A stretch of 64,000 bases of DNA from Octopus vulgaris (GCA_951406725.2 OX597820.1:109120001-109184000); one strand, 5' to 3'. Counted from the stretch's first letter, positions 1-12,593 are shown. The notes: generated by a model not told the origin, from the letters alone. Translations and numbers: made by a program.

Positions 1-56
1 GTATGTATATATATATATGTATGTATATATATATGTATGTATATATATATGTATGT

Positions 57-97
<41 letters not shown>

Positions 98-487
98 TAT
101 GTATGTATATATATATGTATGTATATATATATATGTATGTATATATATATGTATGTATATATATATATATGTATGTATATATATATGTATGTATATATAT
201 ATGTATGTATATATATATGTATGTATATATATATATATGTATGTATATATATATATGTATGTATATATATATATGTATGTATATATATATGTATGTATAT
301 ATATATATATGTATGTATATATATATATGTATGTATATATATATATGTATATATATATGTATGTATATATATATATGTATGTATATATATATGTATGTAT
401 ATATATATGTATGTATATATATATGTATGTATATATATATGTATATATATATGTATGTATATATATATGTATGTATATATATATATG

Positions 488-539
<52 letters not shown>

Positions 540-685
540 AGTGTGTGTATATATATATGTGTGTGTATGTATATATATGTGTGTGTATATATATATATGT
601 GTGTGTATATATATATATGTGTGTGTATATATATATAGGTATGTGTATATATATATATGTATGTATATATATATATATATGTATA
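1..685. repeat. (TA)n/TATG compound microsatellite
   Basis: Continuous TATATG-type simple repeat. The long Y/I/M/V/C ORFs here are artefacts of it. Confidence 0.97.
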
Positions 686-962
686 TCATCATCATCGTTT
701 AACGTCCGTTCTCCATGCTAGCGTGGGTTGGACGGTTCGACTGGGAAGCCAGAAGGCTGCACCAGGCTCCAGTCTTATCTGGCAATGTTTCTACAGCTGG
801 ATGCCCTTCCTAACGCCAACCACTCCGTGAGTGTAGTGGGTGCTTTTTACGTGCCACCTGCACAGGTGCCAGGCGAAGCTGGCAACGGCCACGGTCGGAT
901 TGGTGTATTTTATGTGCCACCGGCACGGAAGCCAGTCGAGGCGGTGCTGGCATCGGCCACGA
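686..962 (-). mobile_element. RTE LINE 3' UTR fragment with (GAT)n tail
   Basis: Same terminal sequence (catcatcatcgtttaacgtccg...ggatgcccttcctaacgccaaccactcc) as the 3' ends of the RTE copies at 1541, 55427 and 62038. Confidence 0.85.
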
Positions 963-1540
<578 letters not shown>

Positions 1541-4500
1541 ATCATCATTATCGTTTAGCGTCCGTTTTCCATGCTAGCATGGGTTGGACGGTTCTACTGA
1601 GGTCTGTGAAGCCAGAAGGCTTCATCAGGCCCAGTCAAATCTGGCAGTGTTTCTACGGCTGGATGCCCTTCCTAACACCAACCACTCCGTGAGTTTAGTG
1701 GGTGCTTTTTACGTGCCACCCGCACAGGTGCCAGACAGAGCTGGCAAATGGCCACGAACGGATGGTGCTTTTTATGTGCCACCGGCACGAGGGCCAGGCG
1801 AGGCTGGCAACAGACACGAACGGATGGTGCTTTTTACGTGCCTCCGGCACGAGGCCAGTCAGGGCGGCGCTGGCAACGGTCGCGAAACGGAATGTTCTCT
1901 TACATGCCATCGGCACTGGTAACACACCTGCAATTTCCATTGATCGATTTCGATTCTGATCCTCACTTACCTCAACAGGTCTTCACAAGTAGAGTTTCGA
2001 CATGCCACCGGCACTGGTAACACATCTGCAATTTCCATTGATCGATTTCGATTCTGATCCTCACTTGCCTCAACAGGTCTTCACAAGTAGAGTTTTGTGT
2101 CCCAAGAAGGGAAGGTATGCATATGTAGGCTGGCTCCATCCCATGTAGAAGGCCACGGGTTATGGACTCACTTGTCCTGCCGGGTCTTCTCGCGCACAGC
2201 ACACTTCCAGAGGTCTCGGTCTCTAGTCATTTCCTCAGTGAGACCCAAAGTTAGAAGGTCGTGCTTCACCACCTCGTGCCAGGTTTTCCTGGGTCTGCCT
2301 CTTCCGCAGGTTCCCTCAACCGCTAGGGTGTGACACTTTTTCACACAACTATCTTCATCCATTCTCGCCACATGACCATACCAGCGCAAACGTCTCTCTT
2401 GCACACCACAACTGATGCTTCTTAGGTCCAGCTTTTCTCTCAAGGTACTTACACTCTGCCGAGTATGAGTACTGACATTACACATCCATCGGAGCATACT
2501 GGCTTCATTTCTTGCGAGCTTACGCATATCCTCAGCAGTCATGGCCCATGTTTCACTGCCATGTAGCATGGCTGTTCGTACACACGCATCATACAGTCTG
2601 CCTTTCACTCTGTGCGAGAGGCCTTTTGTCACCAGCAGAGGTAAGAGCTCTCTGAACTTTGCCCAAGCTATTCTTACTCTAGCAGTTACACTTTCAGCAC
2701 ACCCGCCCCCGCTGCTGACTTGGTCACCTAGGTAACGGAAACTATCAACTATTTCTAATTTTTCTCCCTGGAAAGTGACGGAAGTTGGTCTCAGAGCATT
2801 TTCAGTGTTTATTGTTCCTGAGCATCTGTCACATACAAAAACCATCTTCCTAGTTAGCCTTCCTTTGACATTGCTGCACCTCTTATGTGTCCATAGCTTA
2901 CACTTGGTGCATCTTATAGAGTTTCTACCTACACCTTTTCTACAGATCGAGCAGGGCCATCTACCTGAAGGCGTTTGTGATTTGTCTACCTTCCTACTGA
3001 TTATGACTTTGGTTTTAGCTAGATTGACTCTGAGGCCCTTCGATTCTAATCCTTGTTTCCACACCTGAAACTTCTCCTCCAGTTCTGATAGCGACTCAGC
3101 AATTAGAGCAAGGTCATCAGCATAGAGGAGCTCCCAAGGGCATCTTATCTTGAATTCCTCCGTTATTGCCTGGAGGACTATGATAAATAGGAGGGGGCTG
3201 AGGACTGAGCCTTGGTGGACCCCTACCTCTACCCGGAATTCTTCACTGTACTCGTTGTCAACCCTCACCTTACTAGCAGCGTCCCTATACATGGCCCGCA
3301 CAGCTCTCACTAACCATTCATCTATCCCTAGTTTCCTCATTGACCACCAGATAAGGGATCGGGAGACCCTGTCGAAGGCTTTCTCCATGTCAACAAAAGC
3401 CAGGTACAGGGGCTTATCTTTGGCTTGGTATTTCTCCTGCAGCTGCCTTACCAGGAATATAGCATCAGTAGTACTTTTCCCTGGCACAAACCCAAACTGC
3501 ATCTCATCTAAACTAACTCTCTCTCTAATTAGTTGGGCTATGACCCTCTCCGTAACCTTCATCACCTGATCCAACAGCTTGATACCTCTGTAGTTATTTG
3601 TATCTAGGGCGTCACCTTTACCTTTGTAGCAGTTGACTATTATGCTGCTACACCAGTCATTGGGTATGACTCCTTTGTGTATCACCTGATTAACTATACG
3701 GGTGACTAGGCTATAGCCGACACTACCAGACATTTTGAGCATCTCTGCAGTGTTTCCTGATGGGCCTGGGGCTTTCGCTGTCTTCATGCTTCTAATTGCC
3801 TTAGCTACCACGGAACTATCAACTCGGATAGCTGGTCCCTCTGTTGGGTCAACATTTGGCAGACTCTCTTTATCCCATTCATTTTCTTTATTCAGCAACC
3901 TTTCATAGTGGCATCTCCAAACCTCTCTCTTTGCATCCTCATTTAGCGCAAGTGAACCATCTTCCATGCGAACACACTTCTCTCCTACCACATCACGATT
4001 CTCTCTCACACACTGTCTTGCAACGCGAAACACCTCCAGTCTTTGGTCCTCACGGCGCAGAACATTGGCAAATTTTTTCTTATCTGCTTCCCCTCTGGCT
4101 AAATAAACCTGTCTCCTAGCTTCTCTTTTGGCAGTCTGATACAATTCCCTGCTACCCCCATTTTTCCAGACCTTCCAAGCCTGTCTCTTTTCTCTAATAG
4201 CCCTGTCTACAATATTGTTCCACCACCACATTATTCTAGGTCTTAAGGGGACTTTGCACCAGCCACAGATCTGGTCAGTGGCTCTCAGCAGGTTGTCCCT
4301 TAGAAACGTCCAGTTGTCTTCTACCCACTGTGATGCTGTATCCCCTTCTACTTCGTCAAAGGCTTCAAGTAATATGTCCCTAAATCTCTGTCCATTTGCA
4401 GAATCTTTAAGCTTCCAGATCCTTCTTCTCCATATTGGTCGTCTTCTGGTTGTCCTCCTAGTCCTGATCCTAAAGTCACTAACTACCAGTCTATGTTGTG

Positions 4501-4981
4501 GGGTATATTCTTCACCTGGGAAGGTTTTGGCATTTATAAGCAGCCATCTCTCCCTTTGCCTTGCAAGGATGTAGTCAATTTGGCTGGTATGTTGGCCCGA
4601 TCGGTAAGTGACTAGATGGCTGGTAGGTTTCCTGAAGTTAGTGTTGCAAATCATGAAAATATTTGCATCGCAGAACTCCAGCAGCCTGGTTCTCTCCTCG
4701 TTGCGGGAGCCATAGCCATAGCCTCCATGTACGCCATGGGAGCCCCCAGCATGTCGTCCAACGTGACCATTGAAGTCACCAGCCACAAAGATAAGGTCTC
4801 TGTCGTTCGTCAACGAGGTAGTCTGCAGTAGAGTGTCATAGAATCGGTCTTTCTGTCCATCGGGTAGCCCCGACTGAGGAGCATAGGCTGATATAATGGT
4901 TGCTAAACTATGATGAAGCACTAATCTAATCTTAAGTATTCTGTCACATACTCTGATTACCTCAATTACTTTATCTACCCA
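1541..4981 (-). mobile_element. RTE-clade non-LTR retrotransposon, 5'-truncated, young
   Basis: APE motifs ([24 protein letters not shown]), RT motifs ([29 protein letters not shown]), RTE C-terminus ([18 protein letters not shown]), 3' UTR with tandem repeats and (GAT)n tail. Confidence 0.95.
2168..4981 (-). CDS. RTE ORF (partial APE endonuclease, RT with internal PHD finger), about 938 uninterrupted codons, N-terminus missing
   Basis: Part of ORF-track entry 2168..5974. The real protein begins at [11 protein letters not shown] and the upstream part is translated microsatellite. YADD is intact. Confidence 0.88.
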   Translation of the reverse strand, partial: WVDKVIEVIRVCDRILKIRLVLHHSLATIISAYAPQSGLPDGQKDRFYDTLLQTTSLTNDRDLIFVAGDFNGHVGRHAGGSHGVHGGYGYGSRNEERTRLLEFCDANIFMICNTNFRKPTSHLVTYRSGQHTSQIDYILARQRERWLLINAKTFPGEEYTPQHRLVVSDFRIRTRRTTRRRPIWRRRIWKLKDSANGQRFRDILLEAFDEVEGDTASQWVEDNWTFLRDNLLRATDQICGWCKVPLRPRIMWWWNNIVDRAIREKRQAWKVWKNGGSRELYQTAKREARRQVYLARGEADKKKFANVLRREDQRLEVFRVARQCVRENRDVVGEKCVRMEDGSLALNEDAKREVWRCHYERLLNKENEWDKESLPNVDPTEGPAIRVDSSVVAKAIRSMKTAKAPGPSGNTAEMLKMSGSVGYSLVTRIVNQVIHKGVIPNDWCSSIIVNCYKGKGDALDTNNYRGIKLLDQVMKVTERVIAQLIRERVSLDEMQFGFVPGKSTTDAIFLVRQLQEKYQAKDKPLYLAFVDMEKAFDRVSRSLIWWSMRKLGIDEWLVRAVRAMYRDAASKVRVDNEYSEEFRVEVGVHQGSVLSPLLFIIVLQAITEEFKIRCPWELLYADDLALIAESLSELEEKFQVWKQGLESKGLRVNLAKTKVIISRKVDKSQTPSGRWPCSICRKGVGRNSIRCTKCKLWTHKRCSNVKGRLTRKMVFVCDRCSGTINTENALRPTSVTFQGEKLEIVDSFRYLGDQVSSGGGCAESVTARVRIAWAKFRELLPLLVTKGLSHRVKGRLYDACVRTAMLHGSETWAMTAEDMRKLARNEASMLRWMCNVSTHTRQSVSTLREKLDLRSISCGVQERRLRWYGHVARMDEDSCVKKCHTLAVEGTCGRGRPRKTWHEVVKHDLLTLGLTEEMTRDRDLWKCAVREKTRQDK

Positions 4982-5017
4982 TGTATATATGTATGTATAT
5001 ATGTATATATATGTATG

Positions 5018-5050
<33 letters not shown>

Positions 5051-5202
5051 ATATATGTATGTATGTATATATATATATGTGTGTATATATATATATGTGT
5101 GTATATATATATATGTATGTATATATATATATATATGTATGTATATATATATATGTATGTATATATATATATGTATGTATATATATATATGTATGTATGT
5201 AT

Positions 5203-5236
<34 letters not shown>

Positions 5237-5477
5237 GTATATATATATATGTATGTATATATATATATGTATGTATATATATATATGTATGTATATATAT
5301 ATATGTATGTATATATATATATGTATGTATATATATATATGTATGTATATATATATATGTATATATATATATAAGTGTATGTATATATATAAGTGTATAT
5401 ATATATATGTATATATATATATATGTATATATATAAGTGTATGTATATATTTATGTATGTATATATATTTATGTATG

Positions 5478-5510
<33 letters not shown>

Positions 5511-5549
5511 GTATGTATATGTATGTATGTATGTATGTATATATGTATG

Positions 5550-5580
<31 letters not shown>

Positions 5581-5940
5581 GTATGTATATATGTATGTGT
5601 ATGTATATATGTATGTGTATGTATATATGTATGTGTATGTATATATGTATGTGTATATATATATTTATGTATGTATATATATATATGTATGTATATATAT
5701 ATGTATGTATATATATATATGTATATATATATGTATGTATATATATATGTATATATATATATATATGTATGTATATATATATGTATGTATATATATATGT
5801 ATGTATATATATATGTATGTATATATATATATATGTATGTATATATATATGTATGTATATATATATGTATGTATATATATATGTATGTATATATATATGT
5901 ATGTATATATATATATGTATGTATATATATATGTATGTAT

Positions 5941-5971
<31 letters not shown>

Positions 5972-6718
5972 CATGTATATATTTATGCATGTATATATTT
6001 ATGCATGTATATATTTATGCATGTATATATTTATGCATGTATATATTTATGCATGTATATATATGTATGTATATATATATGTATGTATATATATATGTAT
6101 GTATATATATATGTATGTATATATATATGTATGTATATATATATGTATGTATATATATATATCTATATATGTATGTATATATATATATATGTATGTATAT
6201 CTATATATCTATATATGTATGTATATATATATATCTATGTATGTATATATATATATCTATATATGTATGTATATATATCTATATATGTATGTATATATAT
6301 ATATATATGTATGTATATATATATATGTATGTATAGATATATATCTATATATGTATGTATATATATATGTATGTATAGATATATATCTATATATGTATGT
6401 ATATATATATATCTATATATGTATGTATATTTATATGTATGTATATATATATATATATCTATATATGTATGTATATATATATATATATCTGTATATGTAT
6501 GTATAGATATATATCTATATATGTATGTATAGATATATATCTATATATGTATGTATAGATATATATCTATATATGTATGTATAGATATATATCTATATAT
6601 GTATGTATATATATATGTATGTATAGATATATATCTATATATGTATAGATATATATCTATATATGTATGTATATATATATGTATGTATAGATATATATCT
6701 ATATATATGTATATATAT
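4982..6718. repeat. Long compound (TA)/TATG microsatellite with local higher-order variants
   Basis: Simple repeat. It includes ATGCATGTATATATTT units near 5970-6058 and ATAGATATATATCTAT-containing units near 6330-6700. Confidence 0.96.
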
Positions 6719-7343
6719 CCTTAATCCTTAAAAATGTTTCAGCCTGAAGGCTGCGGCCATGCTGGTGCACCACCGTTTAGTGAGCTAGAATGAGCTATGC
6801 TTGATCAATAAGTGAGTTCGACGCCGTTGCCTGCATCTGTGTTTCCTGCTTGGAGGTAGGTCCATCTGGAACCCCTGACAAGAAGAGATCCAGTTTAGAT
6901 TTAAAGAAACACAGATCCACACCATGCAGATCTCTCAAGAATTTAGGAAGGATATTGAAGAGTTGTTGTCCCCTTAAACCTAAGTTGTTGCAGTATCTGG
7001 TCTTGTATTTTGATGGTGATGTTGGGATTTTGGCACCCCATTCTGCTGTTGGCTTAACCTTGAATGCCACCATTTGGTGTTGACCCTCCAGGATTTTCCA
7101 GATGTATATCACTGCATATCTCTCCTGCCTTCACTCCAGGGAGAAGAGTTTTAATACTTTCAGTCTTTCCCATTAGCTGATATGTTGCATTAAGATGATC
7201 TTCTTAGTGTAGCTTTGTTGAATTGCTTCGATTTCCGCTGTTAACCTTATATTGTGTGATGACCATAGTTGGGAGCAGTAGTCCAAGTGGCTGAGGACGA
7301 GTGTCTTCCAAAGGACCATCAGTGTCGCCTTCTCTCTTGTTCT
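6719..7343 (-). mobile_element. CR1-group LINE 3' fragment
   Basis: LWKTLVLSHLDYCSQLWS, IYIWKILEG, FKSKLDLFLSGVPD; conserved 3' hairpin terminus. Confidence 0.88.
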
Positions 7344-7351
7344 ATATATAT

Positions 7352-10300
7352 ATTTCATTTCATTTCATTTCATCAAGTTTGAGCTCACGAACTGTGGCGA
7401 TGCTGGGGCACCACCATTCGGTGTTGCTACATAATTTTACTACACAAATTCTTTTTAGCAATTGACATTTGGTGCATGAGAGAGTGTGATGCAGCTGCCC
7501 TCATCTGCATCTCCTGCTGTGAAGTTGGTTCATCTGGGACATCTGACAGGAAGAGGTCCAGCTTTATTTTAACGACACCTGCATCCACCCCATGCAGGTC
7601 TCTCAGGTCCTTTGGGAGGATATTGAAAAGCTATGGACCTCTGAAGCCCAGGCTATTGTAGTATCTTGTCCTATATCTTGATGGTAAATTTGGAGTCTTT
7701 GGCTCTATGCAGTGGCGCCCGTTCTAGTATTTATGTAACTCTCGATGCCAAAGTTTGGGACAAGTCCTTCCAGGATCTTCCAGATGTATATTATGGCATA
7801 TCTTTCTTGCCTACGCTCTAAGGAATAGAGTCTTAATCTCTTGAGTCTTTCCCAATATCTTATATGCTGCACAGAGGCTATCCTCTTTTTGTAGCTTCGT
7901 TGGATTGCCTCAAGTTCTGTGATTAATTTGACACTGGTTGGTGACCATAGCTGAGAGCAATAGTCAAAGTGGCTTAGGACAAGTGTCCTCCAGAGGACAA
8001 TCATGGTTTCCTGGTCTCTTGTTCTAAAGGTTCTAAGAATCCATCCGGTCAGCCTCCTACATTTCATTGCCAGTTTAGCAACATGCACATGAAAGGTTGC
8101 ATCATTACTCATGTAAATACCCTGGTTTCACACTGGTTGTGCCTCTGGGATTGCAATCCCTCTAGGTCCAGTGTATTTATTGGGTATTGCTGATAGCATA
8201 AACCTTGAAACTTTTCAGCATTGAATTGCATGGTATTCTTTTCAGCCCACTTGTATATTTTGTCCAGCTCACATTGCAGGAGCATAGTGTCTTCAGGGTT
8301 CTGTATTACCTGTGAAACTTTTGTATCATCTGCCTAACTTGTGATTGTAGCTCTCTGCGTGGCTGAGGGCATGTCTGAGAGGGCCAATATGAACAGCAGT
8401 GGTCCCAAAACAGTCCCTTGCGGAACACTGCTCACTATTTGCGTGTTATTGGAGATGGCCCTTTTGGCTACTACCACCTGACTTCTATCCTTCACAAAGT
8501 CATACATAGTTTGTGACATATCATTCCATGATCGACTTTATCAAAGGCCTTTGCAAGGTCGAGATACATCACTTCCACATTTGAGTGGTTGAGCAGTTGT
8601 TTCAGCACCCAGTCATAGTATTGTAGGAGCTGAGTTAGGCAGCTCCTTCCTGGTCGGAAACCATGTTGGATATCAGGCAGCAAGTTATTTTCTTCAAGGA
8701 AGGTGATTAGTTTCCTTCTGACTATTCGTTCCATGACCTTGCTGATGTGTGAGGTCAGAGAGATAGGTTTGTAGTTCTTGGCCTCTGCTCTGCTACCTCC
8801 TTTATGAATAGGCCATATTTTACCTTCTTTCAGTTTTCTTGGAAGTTTACCAGTTGCAAAGAAGCTCTGAAAGAGGAACTGCAGTGGTCTTGCTAGGACT
8901 CGCTTACATACTTTTAGAAGGATTGCTGGGAATCCATTGGGGCCAGTAGCTGAGTTTGGGTTCATTTCATCTATAGCCCTTATTACATCGTCTTCCTTTG
9001 TATTGTTGTAATCAATCATCATTGCCTCTGATTTTATATCTGCAGTGGTAAAGAAGTCAGTTGGATTGCTGACTTGAAAGTGTACTAGGGGTGGAGTGAA
9101 AATACTTTTGAATTGCTCATTTAGTATTTCACTTATCCTCATTGTATTTCCTGTGAGTGTACCATCTTTTTCAAGGAGTGGCCTTATCCTGCAGTGCACC
9201 ATAGCTGTTTCTTTGGCAAACTTGTAGAAAGCTCTGGGGTTAGATTTTATGTTGTCTATAGCCCAGGCTTCTTTGTCTTCTCTTTCTTTTTCATGGGAGA
9301 GTTGCAGACATTTTTCAATTTCCAACAGTTTTATTTTCAGGCAGGACATTTCATTGCTTTCAATTTGTTTGTTTAGGTGATTTGAAACTTTTGTATGCCG
9401 CCTCATAAAAATTTTCCTCTCTCTGGGGATTTTGTTCTTGTGTACAGTGGCCTTTCTCTCTGGGACACATTTGTAGCATATGGCTTGCATTACAGACATG
9501 AATTGTTGAAGTTTCATGTTGAAGTCTGGTGAGGAGAGACATTCAGGCCAGTTTTGTTTGAGGATCTTTTTCTCAATTTGTTTCCAGTTTGCCTTATTGA
9601 AGTTCAAGCTGGAAAGATTCTGAGATTTTCTTGTAGGCTGCATGTCCATGCTTTCCTTTGGCCCGTACATGGTTAGCTCTACCATGGTTGTGTCCAAGAG
9701 TAGCGTCGGTGTCACTTTCACATTATGGATGAGATCCATATTATTTGTGAAGCAGAGATCCAGTGTGTTGCCTGCCCTGGTTGGTTGGAGCACTATTTGC
9801 TCCATGTACAGTGTGTTGATGAGGTTCAGGAGGGACCTTATTTGCATCATGTCATTCCTGAGAGAGAAAGGCCCTTGGGCCATCTGACATTGAGCAGATT
9901 GAAGTCTCCCATAAGAAGTACACTTATGTGTTGTTCTAATGTGACTAGAACTTTTATTTTTGTAAGGCAGTCTTCAAGCTTGCCTACATGACTTGGAGCA
10001 TCTGGAGGGCAATATGTAGCACATATAACTACACCAAGTTGCCTTATATGTACAATTAGTGTGTCACACACTGAATTTGAGTATGACAAAAGGATCTGGG
10101 GTGTGAGGTCCTCACGGTTGTACATAGCAACTCCACCATGACTCTTTTCTTTTCTATCGGTCCGTAATACAACATACTGTGGTATATGTATTTCCGCATT
10201 TGCTATATCTAGTTTCGGGTTTGTTTCCATAAGTGCTATGCATAAGGCTTGATTGCATGCAACAAGGTCTCTCAAGAAAGGGATTTTTGTCCTGTTACTG

Positions 10301-10826
10301 AGTGTTAGCAGTCCCCTGATGTTCAGTAAGAGCATCAATGTGATGTGTGTGTTCTTGCCAGTGGTGTCCACCTGGGGTCTATTTGCTGTGGTGGTCTTGT
10401 GTATTGTGGACAGTCCCATCTGTGAGTTTGAGTTTGATGGAGCCAGGTTAGCTGCTGTACAATCTTTTGTGCCATGCACAAAAAAAATTCTTGTCCAGCA
10501 GCTGCCCTTTCAATAACATGTTGATGGTTTGTAACATGCACTACATCTGCGTACCTCCGTTTTAGGGCAGGTGGTGCGTAGTCCTTTCCTTTTCCTTTTG
10601 GCAGTTAGTTTCCACCCTGTTTCGTGTTTATGTGGCAGGGTTTTTGGTGTGCAAAACGGCAGCCTGCACCTTCCTCTCCATGCCAGCAGACACCTTTCAG
10701 GTAGAATTTGCACATTCGTGTGTGCTGTCTCTTTCTATCATTTTTGGTATATGGATAGTCAGCTTTGCCTCTTTCCTTGGCTGTTTCATCTTTTGTTTTT
10801 GTTTTTCCTTCTTTAGCTGTTTCATC
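7352..10826 (-). mobile_element. Near full-length degenerate CR1-group LINE (CCCH zinc finger, APE endonuclease, RT)
   Basis: ORF pieces 9847..10479 (LLNIRGL, ALMET, GDFN), 8492..9883 (NTLDL, PISLTSH, QHGFRPGRSC, YLDLAKAFD), 8334..8519 (VPQGTVLGP; YADD reads *ADD), 7705..8112; (GAAAT)n tail; frameshifts. Confidence 0.92.
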
Positions 10827-10856
10827 TATATGTGTATGTATGTATATATATATATA

Positions 10857-12503
10857 TATATGTATACATATTTGTTGTGCAAGATTTTTTATGTGAAATT
10901 GTGTGTTGAAACAGATATTGTTGTATTTCAGAATGGTCATTTTGCCTGTTTAGCCAATAAAAACACACGCACTATATATTTGGTGTTACTTTGCTTCATT
11001 GTTATTTATTTTTTACATTAATCTTAATCTTATTTCAGCCAGAGTTCTTTCGTCACACTCCTGTGACTGCATCAGTGGTCCTTTGCTTTCTTCTTTCTTA
11101 TTTGTGTGTCTCTCCTTACTAACCGTCAGCCATTTTGTATTCCTATTGTGTGTCTTCATTTGCGCATGCGTATATCTCTATGTGCATCTATGTTTAGTTA
11201 GTGTGTGTGTGTGTGTGGGGGGGTGAAATGCCTGTAATATTTTTATCTTCTGTTTATATACGTTCGTGTAATTTGTTTTTGTTCATTCTTATTTTGTTCA
11301 TGTGTTTACATCCACTTATTATTATTATTATCATTATTCCGTTTGCTTGTGTGTAAGTATGTATAACAACAATTCTAGTAATAATAATAATAATAAAAAA
11401 AGAATTTAAAAATGAAAAAAAAAAATTTTTTAATTAAACAATGTATATAGTTATTTAATTCCATTTGTTTATTTATCTGTGTATTTTATTTTATTATGTT
11501 TTCAGTTTTGTTTATATTGTAACCAGTTTATGGGGATCCTCTTCTGTCATATGTTGTGGTGTGTGCTAGTGTTCCATTCCTGTTTCCTATTCAGGCTAGG
11601 TTTATCTTCTATTATGTGTGTAGCTTCTGTAATGTGTTTGATTGTTGCGTCTGTTCTATGTGTGGACAAGATTTTAACTTCTATGTTGTTGATTGAGCCC
11701 CCGTGTACCTACTCGGCGTCTTGGTATAGAATCGATGAGCTCTTTTCTTCCTTAAGTTCTCTCCAATGGTCATTTATTCGCTCTCCTATGCTTCGTGCAG
11801 TTTCCCCTACGTATGTCGTCTTGTTACTGCATTGTCCTTCTATACATCTTATACTATAGACTACATTTCTGGCTTTACAGTTTGTTTGTGGGCTAAATCT
11901 ACACACAGTACAGTACCTATCCATACAGGGGGTTCTACTAAAAGGTTAGGTTCTACCAATTATGGATTTGATAGGGTTGCCTGGCTTTTCAACAACCTTA
12001 ATCCTTAGCTTAAGTTTGTCTAGGGTCCTTCTAAAGCGGTACGCCAGTTCACCTCTAGGGGTGGTGTCAATGAACATGACATTCTGGTATTTGTGGCTAT
12101 CATACCAAGAGTTGGCCTTCCCTATTTTCTTCTTTGTCCTTTCCATAGTGTTCCATGACTTGCTCCTATAGAGTGGGCAAATCCCATTCCTATCATTACA
12201 TAAGATAGTATCAAATTTCCTCACGGCTCCTTTGTATACTCTGATCCTTTCTTTATGGCTGTAACCTGAGAACTGCATGCGGTGAACGAAATGTTGTATG
12301 TGTCTCTTTAACTCTAGGCTTGCACATGCGGGACACATTTTGCATTATTCTGACGAGGTCTGCCATCAAAACATTGAACTTGGCATTGTCCGCGATGGCT
12401 GAGTTCCGGTGGATCAAGTATTTGGAGGCCATAGGTTTTGCATAGTACGAATGTAGGATTTGGGTTTTATTATTCACAGTTTCTAGCCAGAGTTCTGTGT
12501 CAC
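10857..12503 (-). mobile_element. Penelope-like element (RT C-terminus, GIY-YIG, 3' pLTR), probably Naiad-like, disrupted
   Basis: YYAKPMASKY..SA (RT thumb), CMDRYCTVC, NVVYSIRC..C..YVGETARSIGERINDH (GIY-YIG), KPSLNRKQEW; second copy at 62750-63868. Confidence 0.9.
11037..11081 (-). ncRNA. Candidate variant type I hammerhead ribozyme
   Basis: Minus strand: GGACCA CUGAUG-CA GUCAC-aggagu-GUGAC GAAA GAAC UC UGGCU. It lies in the PLE 3' region, where hammerheads are known to occur. Confidence 0.62.
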
Positions 12504-12593
12504 CATATATATGTATACATATATGTATATGTATATGCATATATATATATATATGTATTTATGTATATTTATGTATTTATGTATATGTTTTTT

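Noticed and set aside
4982-5974. Apparent 330-aa N-terminal extension of the 1268-aa RTE ORF
   Set aside because: Microsatellite read-through into a 5'-truncated element
11120-11165. Possible SECIS (AUGA...GA) upstream of the PLE hammerhead, as in selenoprotein-encoding Naiad elements
   Set aside because: Helix pairing is weak, and the visible GIY-YIG cysteines are Cys codons, not in-frame UGA
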